DNA of 64,000 bases from Acidimicrobiaceae bacterium (GCA_026708645.1 JAPOUM010000001.1:52258-116257); one strand, 5' to 3'; positions 1 through 12,904 are shown, counted from the first letter of the stretch. A program made the numbers and translations. The notes: generated by a model from the letters alone, not told the origin.

Positions 1-150
1 CTGTGCCAGTGCGGGTTGACGACAACTCACATGAGCACAGGAGACTTTTTGCTGCACGCTGAAATCAGGCTTGAGGAGCTGAGGAGCTAATCTGTCGTCT
101 GTGACCCGGCATTCTGCGGTTAACGGCTTTGAGCATCTGCCGGAGCGCAC

Positions 151-1176
151 TTGGTACCGGCCGCAAGCGCTGTTCTTGGTTGCGGTTTCGGCTTTAGAAA
201 CGACGTGACAGACCAGCCTGAATCCCAGCCTGAACCTAGTTCCGAAAGTCAGACGCTCTACCGACGTGCGGCTTATGAGCGACGAGGGCGCGTCGCTCCG
301 ATAGACGGGATCTTGCGGGTCAGCGCGCCGCGAGAATGGCTCGTGCTGCTGTTGCTCGCAGTGATCTTGCTCGCAGTGATCGCTTGGAGTTTCCTGGGCC
401 GTCTGGAGTCGGGCATCAACACCGCCTGTGTTCTGCGACCCGCGGGCGAGCGTCACGCCGTGACAGCATCCGCGGCGGGCGTCGTCGTCGAAGCTCTGGC
501 AGCCCCCGGCGAGCAGGTCAGCGCCGGCGATCCGCTGATGCGTCTCACCGTGCCCGAACTCGGCTTGGCGGCCGAGCTGGCGCAGGCTCGCTCGACTGCC
601 CTGTCGGCAACCGATCCCGGCTCTGTCGAATCCGCCGTAGCCGCAGCCGAAGCGCAAGCACTGCAAGCAGCCGAAGCCGCAGCGGCTCTGGTGCTGAGCC
701 CGGCGACCGGCGTGATGGGGCCGCTGACAGCCTCGACAGGCGCCGCGGTGAGCGCCGGCGCGACGGTCGCTGAAGTGCTCGATGTCGCGGATGCTGCGCC
801 CACGGCGCTCCTCTCGGTCGGCCCCGGCGACGCTGCGTCTCTGCGGCCGTCGATGGCGGTGAGCGTGAGCATCGTCGCAGCAGGCGCAGAGGACGCTGTC
901 CGAGCCGACGCTCGTTTCAGTCGAGCAGTCGACGCAGCTCCGTCAACCGACAGCGGCGTGATCTCAGACGGCCTGTTCGTTTCGTCGGGCGTCGGCGTTG
1001 CGGTGAGCGCCGGTGCGGGCAGGCCGGGCGTGCCCGACGGCGGCGTGACAGCCGAGTTCGACGACCCGCCCGCAGAGTTCGCAGCACTGGCCTCGCAGCC
1101 GTCGAGCGCTTACCGCTGCGAGGCGCGCATCGTCACCGACTCACAGCGGCCCATCCGGCTGCTGATCGGCGGCTGA
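151..1176 (+). CDS. HlyD-family membrane-fusion/adaptor protein of an NHLM/NHLP-type bacteriocin export system
   Basis: Short cytoplasmic N-terminus (LYRRAAYERRG) is followed by one TM helix (WLVLLLLAVILLAVIAWSFLG). A lipoyl-like hairpin motif follows (AAGVVVEALAAPGEQVSAGDPLMRL). The gene lies directly upstream of two ABC exporter genes. The true start may be GTG 205. The protein is Ala-rich and shorter than classic HlyD. Confidence 0.7.
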   Translation: MVPAASAVLGCGFGFRNDVTDQPESQPEPSSESQTLYRRAAYERRGRVAPIDGILRVSAPREWLVLLLLAVILLAVIAWSFLGRLESGINTACVLRPAGERHAVTASAAGVVVEALAAPGEQVSAGDPLMRLTVPELGLAAELAQARSTALSATDPGSVESAVAAAEAQALQAAEAAAALVLSPATGVMGPLTASTGAAVSAGATVAEVLDVADAAPTALLSVGPGDAASLRPSMAVSVSIVAAGAEDAVRADARFSRAVDAAPSTDSGVISDGLFVSSGVGVAVSAGAGRPGVPDGGVTAEFDDPPAEFAALASQPSSAYRCEARIVTDSQRPIRLLIGG

Positions 1177-1203
1177 ATGACGGGCACGGGGCGCATGCTC
1201 GAG

Positions 1204-1317
1204 CCTGTCCGAGATATCGGGCGAGTCGAAACGACTGAGCCTGTGAGAGCGGTCGCAGTGCCTGTCCGAGATATCGGGCGAGTCGAAGTGATTGAGCCTG
1301 TGAGAGCGGTCGCAGCA
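1204..1317. repeat. Two tandem copies of a 57-bp unit in the adaptor-to-ABC intergenic region
   Basis: 1204-1260 and 1261-1317 read cctgtccgagatatcgggcgagtcgaa(ac/gt)ga(c/t)tgagcctgtgagagcggtcgcag, with about 4 mismatches. Each copy contains a GATATC core. Confidence 0.9.
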
Positions 1318-1405
1318 GCTTCGAGCGGTCAGGCTTGTCGAAGCGACTGCGGTCGGTCGAATGAGCGAGCGCCGCTGAGCTGAGACGCTGAGAGACCGTC
1401 TGATT

Positions 1406-3643
1406 ATGCGCGCAAGCCCCAACATGCGCCGTCCCCGCACGCCGGTGATGCCGCAGATGCATGCGACCGAGTGCGGTGCGGCCTGCTTGGGCATCCTCCT
1501 CGCTCACTACGGCCGGCATGTCTCCATCGAGGAGTTGCGGGCGGCCTGCGGTGTGTCGAGGGACGGATCGAGCGCTTCCGACATCGTCGCGGCCGGCCGC
1601 GCCCACGGGCTGCACCTCACCGGCTGGCGCATGGAGACTGAAGCCTTGAGCGACCTCGACAGCCCCGCCATCCTGTTCTGGGAGTTCAACCATTTCGTCG
1701 TGCTCGAAGGTGTAAGAGGCGAGCGCTACTATCTGAACGACCCCGCCAACGGGAGACGCTCGGTGAGCGCCCAGACCATGGACCGGGCCTTCACCGGCGT
1801 GGTGCTGCGGGCGCAGCGCAGCGACTCGTTCACAACGACGCGACGCCCGCCGGGGATCGTCGCCAAGCTCTGGCCCTGGCTGGCGCCCGCCAAGGGCGCG
1901 CTGGCGTTCTCGGTTCTGGCGGGACTGCTCGCTGCGGCGCCTGTAGCAGCTCTGCCGGTGATGATCGGCGTGTTCGTCGACAGGGTGCTGGGCGGCGCCG
2001 ATCCCGGCTGGGGCGCACCGCTGGCATGGGTGATGGGCGTGTCGGCAGCGGTCATGTATCTGCTGGTGTGGCTTCAGCAGTACATGTTCCGCAAGATGGC
2101 CGTCAGCCTGGCGGTGGGCGGCGTGCAAGGCTTCCTGGGACGCCTGTTCCGGCTGCCGCCGCAGTTCTTCGAGCATCGCTTCGTCGGCGATCTCACCTCG
2201 CGCGTGCATCTCGTGGACAATGTCGCGGTTGGCGCTTCCACCGGCGCTGCATGGCTGGTGATCGAAATGTTCGCCAGTCTCACGCTGCTCGCGGTGATGT
2301 TCGTGTTCGATCCTCTTCTCGCAGCGCTCATCGCTGCGGTCGCCGCTGCCAACATCGGTTTGATGCTGCTGCTCAGTCGGATGCGTGCCGACACCGAGCG
2401 CCAGTTGAGCCATGAACAGGCCATGCTGACGAGCGTCGAGTCCACGGGCCTGCGCGACATGGACATGATCCGCGCGACCGCGTCCGAGGGAGACTTCTTC
2501 GTGCGTTGGAGCGGCCAGCAGGCCCGCGAGATCGCGGCACGCCAGAAGTTCTCGGCGACCGGCTACGTGATCGGCGCCCTTCCGAGGCTTTTCGCTATGG
2601 CCGGCGCCGTGATCGTGCTCGGCGTAGGCGGATGGCAGGTCGTGCAGAACGAGCTCAGCGCCGGCGCCCTGATCGCCTTCTACACCCTGGCGGGCGCCTT
2701 CCTGGCGCCGATCGGGCGCTTCGTGCTGTTCGCCGACTCGTTCATGGTGCTCGACGCCGACTTGCAGCGTGTCTCCGATGTGCTCGCTGCTTCTGTGGAC
2801 GGCCCGCGCACCCCGGGCACGCAGCCGTCTCAAGCCCGAGCGGCCCAAGATGCCGCAGCGACCGCCGCGGCGCCTGCCGGTTCCTCGGTGAAGGTGGCGA
2901 CCTTCGGAGGCCGGCTGCGACTGGCTGGCAGTCTGGAACTGAGCGACGTCACCTTCGGCTTCAACAAGGACCGCGCGCCTTTGATCGACGCGCTCAGCCT
3001 CACCATCGAAGCCGGTCAGAGAGTCGCCTTCGTCGGGCTCACCGGTTCGGGCAAGTCCACACTGCTGCGACTCATCAGCGGCGAGCTGGTCCCCGACTCC
3101 GGGCGGATCCTCTTCGACGGCGCGCCGCGCGGCGAAGTCCCTGCGGAGGTGCTCGCCAACTCGGTGGCGTCGGTCGACCAGCAGATCCATCTTTTTGCGG
3201 CCTCCGTGCGCGACAACCTCACCATGTGGAACGCCACGGTCGACGACGAGCAGATGATCGCCGCTGCACGCGACGCCTGCATCCACGACGAGATCATGAA
3301 CCGTGTCGGCGGCTACGACTCGCCGGTCGCCGAAGCAGGGCGCAACTTCAGCGGCGGGCAGCGACAGCGGCTCGAGATCGCCAGGGCGCTCACCCAGAAC
3401 CCGTCGATCCTGCTTGCGGACGAGGCCACCAGCACCCTCGACGCCGTCGTCGAACGCGACATCGACGACGGGCTCCGCCGGCGCGGTCTGACCTGCGTGA
3501 TCGTGGCTCACCGCCTGGCGACGATCCGCGACTGCGACGTGATCGTAGTGCTCGACCGGGGCCGGGCCGCTCAGCGCGGCACCCACGAAGAACTGCTGGC
3601 CGACCGTGGCGGCCTCTATCGCCAGCTTGTGGAGTCGCAGTGA
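1406..3643 (+). CDS. Bacteriocin/RiPP ABC exporter with N-terminal C39 (double-glycine) peptidase domain (peptidase/permease/ATPase)
   Basis: C39 catalytic Cys context QMHATECGAACLGILLAHYG and His context FNHFVVLEG. TM exporter core present. Walker A GLTGSGKST, ABC signature FSGGQRQR, Walker B ILLADEATS. Alternative ATG starts at 1424 and 1448. Confidence 0.9.
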   Translation: MRASPNMRRPRTPVMPQMHATECGAACLGILLAHYGRHVSIEELRAACGVSRDGSSASDIVAAGRAHGLHLTGWRMETEALSDLDSPAILFWEFNHFVVLEGVRGERYYLNDPANGRRSVSAQTMDRAFTGVVLRAQRSDSFTTTRRPPGIVAKLWPWLAPAKGALAFSVLAGLLAAAPVAALPVMIGVFVDRVLGGADPGWGAPLAWVMGVSAAVMYLLVWLQQYMFRKMAVSLAVGGVQGFLGRLFRLPPQFFEHRFVGDLTSRVHLVDNVAVGASTGAAWLVIEMFASLTLLAVMFVFDPLLAALIAAVAAANIGLMLLLSRMRADTERQLSHEQAMLTSVESTGLRDMDMIRATASEGDFFVRWSGQQAREIAARQKFSATGYVIGALPRLFAMAGAVIVLGVGGWQVVQNELSAGALIAFYTLAGAFLAPIGRFVLFADSFMVLDADLQRVSDVLAASVDGPRTPGTQPSQARAAQDAAATAAAPAGSSVKVATFGGRLRLAGSLELSDVTFGFNKDRAPLIDALSLTIEAGQRVAFVGLTGSGKSTLLRLISGELVPDSGRILFDGAPRGEVPAEVLANSVASVDQQIHLFAASVRDNLTMWNATVDDEQMIAAARDACIHDEIMNRVGGYDSPVAEAGRNFSGGQRQRLEIARALTQNPSILLADEATSTLDAVVERDIDDGLRRRGLTCVIVAHRLATIRDCDVIVVLDRGRAAQRGTHEELLADRGGLYRQLVESQ

Positions 3644-6600
3644 CCGCCGGCGAGCCTCTTGCCGGTGACACGGCTGCAGCGGACGGCGCTTTGGCGTCGT
3701 TCGCGACCGAGCGAGGCGAAACGGTTCAAGCCGCAGCCAACAAGCCGATGCTGTTGCACGACGCGAAGAGCGTTTGGTTCGTGGCCCGAGGAGCGCTCGA
3801 CGTCTTCTGCACGGAGCGCCACGAGGGCCGTGTCGTAGCAGCCGCCAAGCATCTGCTGCGCGCCGAAGCGGGTCGTCTGGTGTTCGGTCTGCCCGATCTC
3901 GACGTGCCGCTCACCGTCATCGCCAAGGGTCTGGTCGACACGCAGCTGCTGCGTCTCGACGCGTCCTTGCTGTCGTCGCCGCAGGCGCGGAACGAGCAGA
4001 CGCCCGCCGTCGCTCACGACGAAGGCTTCGCGGCCTCTGCGACCGGTGATTCGCTGCGGGCCGAAGTGGCTCGGCAGGCTCAAGCCTGGGTGAACGACAT
4101 GGCTCTCGCCGTCTCCGCCGACATCGACTACCGCCCTCACGTCACCTGCCTAGTAAACGCGTCGGAGAATCTCGCATCAGGCTCTCAAGCAGCGGCTGCG
4201 TCAGAGCCGGCGGCGCCCGGCGAGATCGATGCCGTGAGTGCCGGCACCGCAGCCGGTGACAGCATCGCCATGAGCACGGATCCGCTTCACAGCGGCCTCG
4301 GCGCTGGAGCGCGCCCGGGTGACGGTGAGGACGGGTTCGTCGACGACGGCGAGAATCCGTTCGCGAGCGGCACTGCCCCAAGAGTGCGCCTGCTCCCTGT
4401 CGCTGACGGCGTCGTCGTCGGTGTCCGCGGCGTCGAGACGGCTTGGATCGCTGCTGCGCCCGGCGCCGATGCGGCGACGCTGTGGTATCTGGGCACCGAG
4501 GCGCTGCCGCAGTCCGTCGAAGGTTCGCCCCGCTGGATGCCGCTCACAGCGCAGAGCTGGGTGACGGTCACCGCGAGCACGACCAGCGGAGGCGAGGACC
4601 TCGCCCGAGGTTCCGCTGATGACGCCGCCGCCGGTGATCGCGGGCTGAGCATTCTGGTTGTGGAGAGCGTCCACGACGGTGAACTGTTCGCGGCGCTGGC
4701 CGACTTCCACACGTCGGCGTTGCGCGCCGAGGCTCTCAACCGGCGGTTGCGACTCGCGGACGAGGCCAACGCTCAGACGGCGCTGGCGACCCACCGGCGC
4801 ATGGCGGACGAACGCGCCCGCGCGCTTCTCGGGTCGCTGACCGCCGCCGGCGCCGCCGTCGAGGATCAAGCTGCGTCCCATCAGACGCCGCTGATGGCCG
4901 CGCTGCAGAGGATCGGACGCCACAGCGGCATCGAGTTCCGCGAGCCGCAGCTGGCGGCCACGGCGCCTCCGGCGACTCTGGAGCAGGTGATCGAAGCTTC
5001 AGGGCTGCGGGCACGGCAGATCCGCCTCACGCATGAGGACCGTTGGTGGCGAAGCGACAGCGGCGCCATGCTGGCCTACCGCCGCGCCGGCGCCGATCCG
5101 GTGGCTCTGCTGCCTGCGTTCGGCGGCTACCGCGCGGTCGGCGCCGACGGCCGCGCCGAAAGGGTCACTGCCAAGACCGCAGACGACTACTCGCCGCAGG
5201 CTTGGACGATCTACCCGAAACTGCCCGACGACCGACAGGCGACGGCGCGCGACCTGCTGCGTCTGTCGCGCTGCGGCGCAGGCGCCGACCTGGCGCGTTT
5301 CGTTGTGGCGGGACTGCTGGCGGCTCTGATCGCCCAAGGCCCGGCTGTCGCATTGGGCATGCTCTCGGATTGGGCTTTGCCGTTCGCCCGCGGCGAGGCG
5401 TTGGCTCAGATCCTCGTGGCGTTGGCGCTGCTGGGCGCCGCCGCGGCGGTGCTGACCGTTTTCGGCGCCATGTCGTTGCTGCGTCTCGAAGCGCGCGCCG
5501 GGTCGCGTCTCAGCGCCGCCGCCTGGGATCGTCTGTTGGCGCTGCCGCTGCCGTTCTTCCGCGACACGGTGGCAGGCGAGCTGGCGGTGCGCATGGGCAC
5601 GTTCCAGCAGCTGCGCGACCTGCTTTCGGGGGTGGTGGTCAATGTCTTCGGATCGGTGATCTTCTTGCTGCCCACGCTCGGGGTGTTGTTCTTCTACGAC
5701 GCGGTGCTGGCCGCGACAGCGGTGGCGATGTCGCTCGCGGCGCTGGCTGTGGTCGTCGTCCTCGGAATCTCCCAGATACCTCATCAGAGGCTTTGGCACA
5801 GCGCTGTGCGTGACTTGTGGGGCCGACTGTTCCAGTTCATCGGAGGCATCGCCAAGATCCGCGCCAGTGGAGCCGAGACGGCGGCCTTCGCGTCGTCGGC
5901 GGGCGCCTACCGCGACAAGCAGGTCGCCGAGATACGCAGATCGCGCATAGGCGAGCACTTGGCCGCTTTCGGTTCGGCTTATCCGTTCGTGTTCGCTGCG
6001 GTGCTGTGCGCCGTCACCATCGCCCGCGGCGATGCCGTGGCAGTCGGCGACTTCGTCGTGGCGCTTACGGCCTCGTTCGTGCTGTATGCGGCCGTCGCCG
6101 ATCTGGGCTTCGCCGTCGACGCGCTGGCCGAGGCGTTCACCGCCTACGAGCAGATGACCCCGATCCTTGAAGCGGTGCCCGAACGCGACGCCTCAGCGTC
6201 GATAGCGCCGGTCGCGCTCGAAGGCGAGCTCGCAGTGGAGCAAGTCAGTTTCCGTTATCTGCCCGACGGCCCGCCGGTGCTCGACGATGTGACCCTCACG
6301 GCGCGCGCTGGTGAGTTCGTCGCCGTGGTCGGCGGCTCAGGAGCAGGCAAGAGCACGCTGGTGCGGCTGATGCTCGGCCTCGACACGCCCGAGCGGGGCG
6401 CAGTGTTCTTCGACGGACGCGACCTGCGGAACCTCGACCGCCGAGCGGTGCGCCGCCAGATCGGCGTGGTTCCCCAAGACAGTTCTCTTCAGCCTGGAAG
6501 CCTCGTCGAGAACATCATCGGCATGTCCGAGGACCTGACCCTCGACGACGCTTGGAGGGCGGCGCGTCTGGCCGCGGTCGACCGTGACATCACCGAGATG

Positions 6601-6942
6601 CCGATGCAGATGATGACCATGGTCGCGGATCGTGCGGGCGTCTTCTCCGGCGGGCAGATACAGCGGATCCGCATCGCTGCGGCACTGGCGCGCCGACCCA
6701 GCATCGTGATACTCGACGAGGCGACGAGCTGGCTGGACTCGCGGAGCCAGGCCGAGGTGATGGAGAGCATCGAAGGCTTGGGGATCACCCGCGTCGTGGT
6801 AGCGCATCGGCTCTCCACCATCCGCAGAGCCGACCGGGTCTACGTGCTCGAAGCCGGACGGGTGGTGCAGGTCGGCGGCTACGAGGAGCTGCTGCAAGCT
6901 CCGGGACGCTTCCGCGAACTGGTGAGCCGCCAGCTCTTGTAG
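3640..6942 (+). CDS. Second ABC exporter subunit (permease/ATPase) with N-terminal cyclic-nucleotide-binding-like domain, NHLP-type
   Basis: GTG 3640 overlaps the upstream stop (GTGA). N-terminal region LLHDAKSVWFVARGALDVF...RLVFGL resembles cNMP-binding-like domains that replace the peptidase in the partner subunit. Walker A VGGSGAGKST, signature FSGGQIQR, Walker B VILDEATS. The track ORF portion 2506-3639 overlaps the previous gene in a different reading frame and is not coding. Confidence 0.85.
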   Translation: MTAGEPLAGDTAAADGALASFATERGETVQAAANKPMLLHDAKSVWFVARGALDVFCTERHEGRVVAAAKHLLRAEAGRLVFGLPDLDVPLTVIAKGLVDTQLLRLDASLLSSPQARNEQTPAVAHDEGFAASATGDSLRAEVARQAQAWVNDMALAVSADIDYRPHVTCLVNASENLASGSQAAAASEPAAPGEIDAVSAGTAAGDSIAMSTDPLHSGLGAGARPGDGEDGFVDDGENPFASGTAPRVRLLPVADGVVVGVRGVETAWIAAAPGADAATLWYLGTEALPQSVEGSPRWMPLTAQSWVTVTASTTSGGEDLARGSADDAAAGDRGLSILVVESVHDGELFAALADFHTSALRAEALNRRLRLADEANAQTALATHRRMADERARALLGSLTAAGAAVEDQAASHQTPLMAALQRIGRHSGIEFREPQLAATAPPATLEQVIEASGLRARQIRLTHEDRWWRSDSGAMLAYRRAGADPVALLPAFGGYRAVGADGRAERVTAKTADDYSPQAWTIYPKLPDDRQATARDLLRLSRCGAGADLARFVVAGLLAALIAQGPAVALGMLSDWALPFARGEALAQILVALALLGAAAAVLTVFGAMSLLRLEARAGSRLSAAAWDRLLALPLPFFRDTVAGELAVRMGTFQQLRDLLSGVVVNVFGSVIFLLPTLGVLFFYDAVLAATAVAMSLAALAVVVVLGISQIPHQRLWHSAVRDLWGRLFQFIGGIAKIRASGAETAAFASSAGAYRDKQVAEIRRSRIGEHLAAFGSAYPFVFAAVLCAVTIARGDAVAVGDFVVALTASFVLYAAVADLGFAVDALAEAFTAYEQMTPILEAVPERDASASIAPVALEGELAVEQVSFRYLPDGPPVLDDVTLTARAGEFVAVVGGSGAGKSTLVRLMLGLDTPERGAVFFDGRDLRNLDRRAVRRQIGVVPQDSSLQPGSLVENIIGMSEDLTLDDAWRAARLAAVDRDITEMPMQMMTMVADRAGVFSGGQIQRIRIAAALARRPSIVILDEATSWLDSRSQAEVMESIEGLGITRVVVAHRLSTIRRADRVYVLEAGRVVQVGGYEELLQAPGRFRELVSRQLL

Positions 6943-7032
6943 CCCTCGCGTTCAGCCCTCGCGCTCCGGTCTTCGCTCCGGCACGGCGCCTGCAAAGTTG
7001 CACCTTGTTCGACACGGGCACCGCCGCACAGC

Positions 7033-7038
7033 TACAAT
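7033..7038 (+). promoter_or_regulatory. Possible -10 hexamer (TACAAT) for the small peptide gene
   Basis: TACAAT fits the actinobacterial TAnnnT -10 pattern and lies about 90 nt upstream of the GTG start. No convincing -35 element. Confidence 0.3.
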
Positions 7039-7047
7039 GATGCTCAA

Positions 7048-7112
7048 ACCTCGGGGACAAGCACCTCGGGGGCAAGCACCTCGGGGGCAAGCACCTCGGG
7101 GGCAAGCACCTC
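7048..7112 (+). repeat. Tandem 15-nt repeat (ACCTCGGGGGCAAGC) x4 plus a partial fifth copy, running into the Shine-Dalgarno sequence
   Basis: The sequence reads acctcggggacaagc, then acctcgggggcaagc x3, then acctc followed by aaaggag (SD) and GTG 7125. Track ORFs 6998..7207(+) and 6785..7204(-) merely translate this repeat (PRGQA/RCLPP repeats). Confidence 0.95.
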
Positions 7113-7124
7113 AAAGGAGCAACA

Positions 7125-7313
7125 GTGAGCAAAGACATCGTCGACACCGAAGCGGCCGAGCGCCAGATGACCGAAGCCGAACTCGAAGAAGTGCGAGGCG
7201 GCATTGACTACAGCGACAGCTACATCTCCGACAGGGAGAACGCGAGCAGCGGCAACGCACAGCAGTCCTACAGCAATAGCAGCCGCTACGGCGGCGGCAA
7301 CGACAGAGCCTGA
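7125..7313 (+). CDS. Double-glycine-leader precursor peptide (putative exported bacteriocin/RiPP/signal peptide)
   Basis: AAAGGAG SD lies 6 nt before GTG. Leader is MSKDIVDTEAAERQMTEAELEEVRGG, with the L-x-x-V-x-G-G pattern recognised by C39 peptidases. The 36-aa core is IDYSDSYISDRENASSGNAQQSYSNSSRYGGGNDRA. Third-codon positions are strongly G/C, as in genuine genes here. The gene lies immediately downstream of the C39 exporter genes. Confidence 0.75.
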   Translation: MSKDIVDTEAAERQMTEAELEEVRGGIDYSDSYISDRENASSGNAQQSYSNSSRYGGGNDRA

Positions 7314-7329
7314 TAAAAAATATCGCTCT

Positions 7330-7347
7330 GCGCGGGTTGTGCCGCGC
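7330..7347 (+). terminator. Small GC hairpin after the peptide gene (weak terminator candidate)
   Basis: gcgcgg-gttgtg-ccgcgc, a 6-bp stem with no U-tract. Confidence 0.3.
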
Positions 7348-7482
7348 GGCTAGACCTGCTAACTTAGTCCGTCACCCCTCACCACGGCTGCAAGCCAGCG
7401 GCGAGGGGGCAGTGCCATCGCTGCGAACGAGCAGGCCTTCTCGGCCTCTTCGCAATCGCAGCCGGTGTGCGATTGCTTCTTG

Positions 7483-7497
7483 AAAACGGAAGAGACG
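7483..7497 (+). other. 5' half of the 16S processing stem (pairs with 9350..9364)
   Basis: aaaacggaagagacg is the exact reverse complement of cgtctcttccgtttt in the spacer downstream of 16S. This is the typical RNase III stem bracketing 16S. Confidence 0.8.
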
Positions 7498-7744
7498 GAC
7501 GCATAGCGAGTGCGGGCGTCGGCTCGGGTTGCGTAACCCGAGGCGATGCCTGTCAATTCAAGGTTCGGCATGTCCGCCGGACCGACCGGTCGTTTCCGAC
7601 GACCGGGGAGCCGAAGTCCTCACCGCACCCAAGCGGGGAGGGCCTGGCTCTCTGAACGCACGGCTGCCGACGCACCCGGCCCCGCCGGGAAGGCAAGCCG
7701 AGCAACCCGATCGAAAGCTCGGCCCTCGGGCTGCGCTTGAGATC

Positions 7745-9273
<1,529 letters not shown>

Positions 9274-9349
9274 CGCACTCAACGATCAGTCTGCTGTTTG
9301 GCTGACTGAAGTTTGAGTGTCTCCCAGTTAGGGCACTCGCTGGGTTGTT

Positions 9350-9364
9350 CGTCTCTTCCGTTTT
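9350..9364 (+). other. 3' half of the 16S processing stem
   Basis: Reverse complement of 7483..7497. Confidence 0.8.
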
Positions 9365-9483
9365 GAGGGAGCAGTCAAACTGCTGCTTTCTGTGTGGTCG
9401 CGCTGGGCTTGAGCGCTGTCAGCGAATTAGCTGAATTAGCTGCCGTCAAGCTGCACCGGCCATTGATCGTTTCTTGAGAATTG

Positions 9484-9500
9484 CATAGCGAGCACGAGCA
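9484..9500 (+). other. 5' half of the 23S processing stem (pairs with 12641..12657)
   Basis: catagcgagcacgagca is the exact reverse complement of tgctcgtgctcgctatg downstream of 23S (17 bp). Confidence 0.8.
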
Positions 9501-9527
9501 TCTTTCGTAAGATGCAATGAATATGAA

Positions 9528-12618
<3,091 letters not shown>

Positions 12619-12640
12619 CATCTTCGCATCGCGCGTTCGG

Positions 12641-12657
12641 TGCTCGTGCTCGCTATG
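12641..12657 (+). other. 3' half of the 23S processing stem
   Basis: Reverse complement of 9484..9500. Confidence 0.8.
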
Positions 12658-12773
12658 GAGTTCATCAAGAGACGATCCGTCTCTGAAGTTCCTGGTTCGT
12701 CCAGGAACTCGCTTGCGTGAGCTTCGCCTCGAAGGTCCGGCCTCGGGGCGGCTCTCATGCGAGATGACAACAG

Positions 12774-12891
<118 letters not shown>

Positions 12892-12904
12892 TTTCGTTTG
12901 CTTG

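Noticed and set aside
31-90. 19-codon micro-ORF MSTGDFLLHAEIRLEELRS upstream of the adaptor gene, considered as a second precursor peptide.
   Set aside because: No Gly-Gly motif, no convincing SD, and it is very short. There is insufficient evidence.
1177-1383. 68-aa ORF abutting the adaptor stop codon, containing a 19-aa duplication.
   Set aside because: Weak third-position GC bias, rare codons, and no leader or GG motif. It is treated as a non-coding tandem repeat, but flagged as a finding because translation cannot be excluded.
1133-3586. An 817-aa minus-strand ORF, plus similar long antisense ORFs (e.g. 16929..18320, 26948..28351, 33464..35071, 39335..40411, 42542..43663, 61052..62485, 62431..63999).
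   Set aside because: They lie opposite well-supported genes with recognisable motifs. They are Arg/Pro/Gly/His-rich with no recognisable domains. Stop-free antisense frames of this kind are expected in high-GC DNA.
2506-3639. N-terminal 378 codons of track ORF 2506..6942.
   Set aside because: This part overlaps the C39 exporter gene in another frame and is Arg/Pro-rich nonsense. The credible start is GTG 3640, overlapping the upstream stop.
6998-7207. ORF encoding PRGQAPRGQAPRGQAPRGQA (and the mirror ORF 6785..7204 encoding RCLPPRCLPP...).
   Set aside because: These are simply translations of the 15-nt tandem DNA repeat. There is no SD, and they overlap the better-supported GG-peptide gene.
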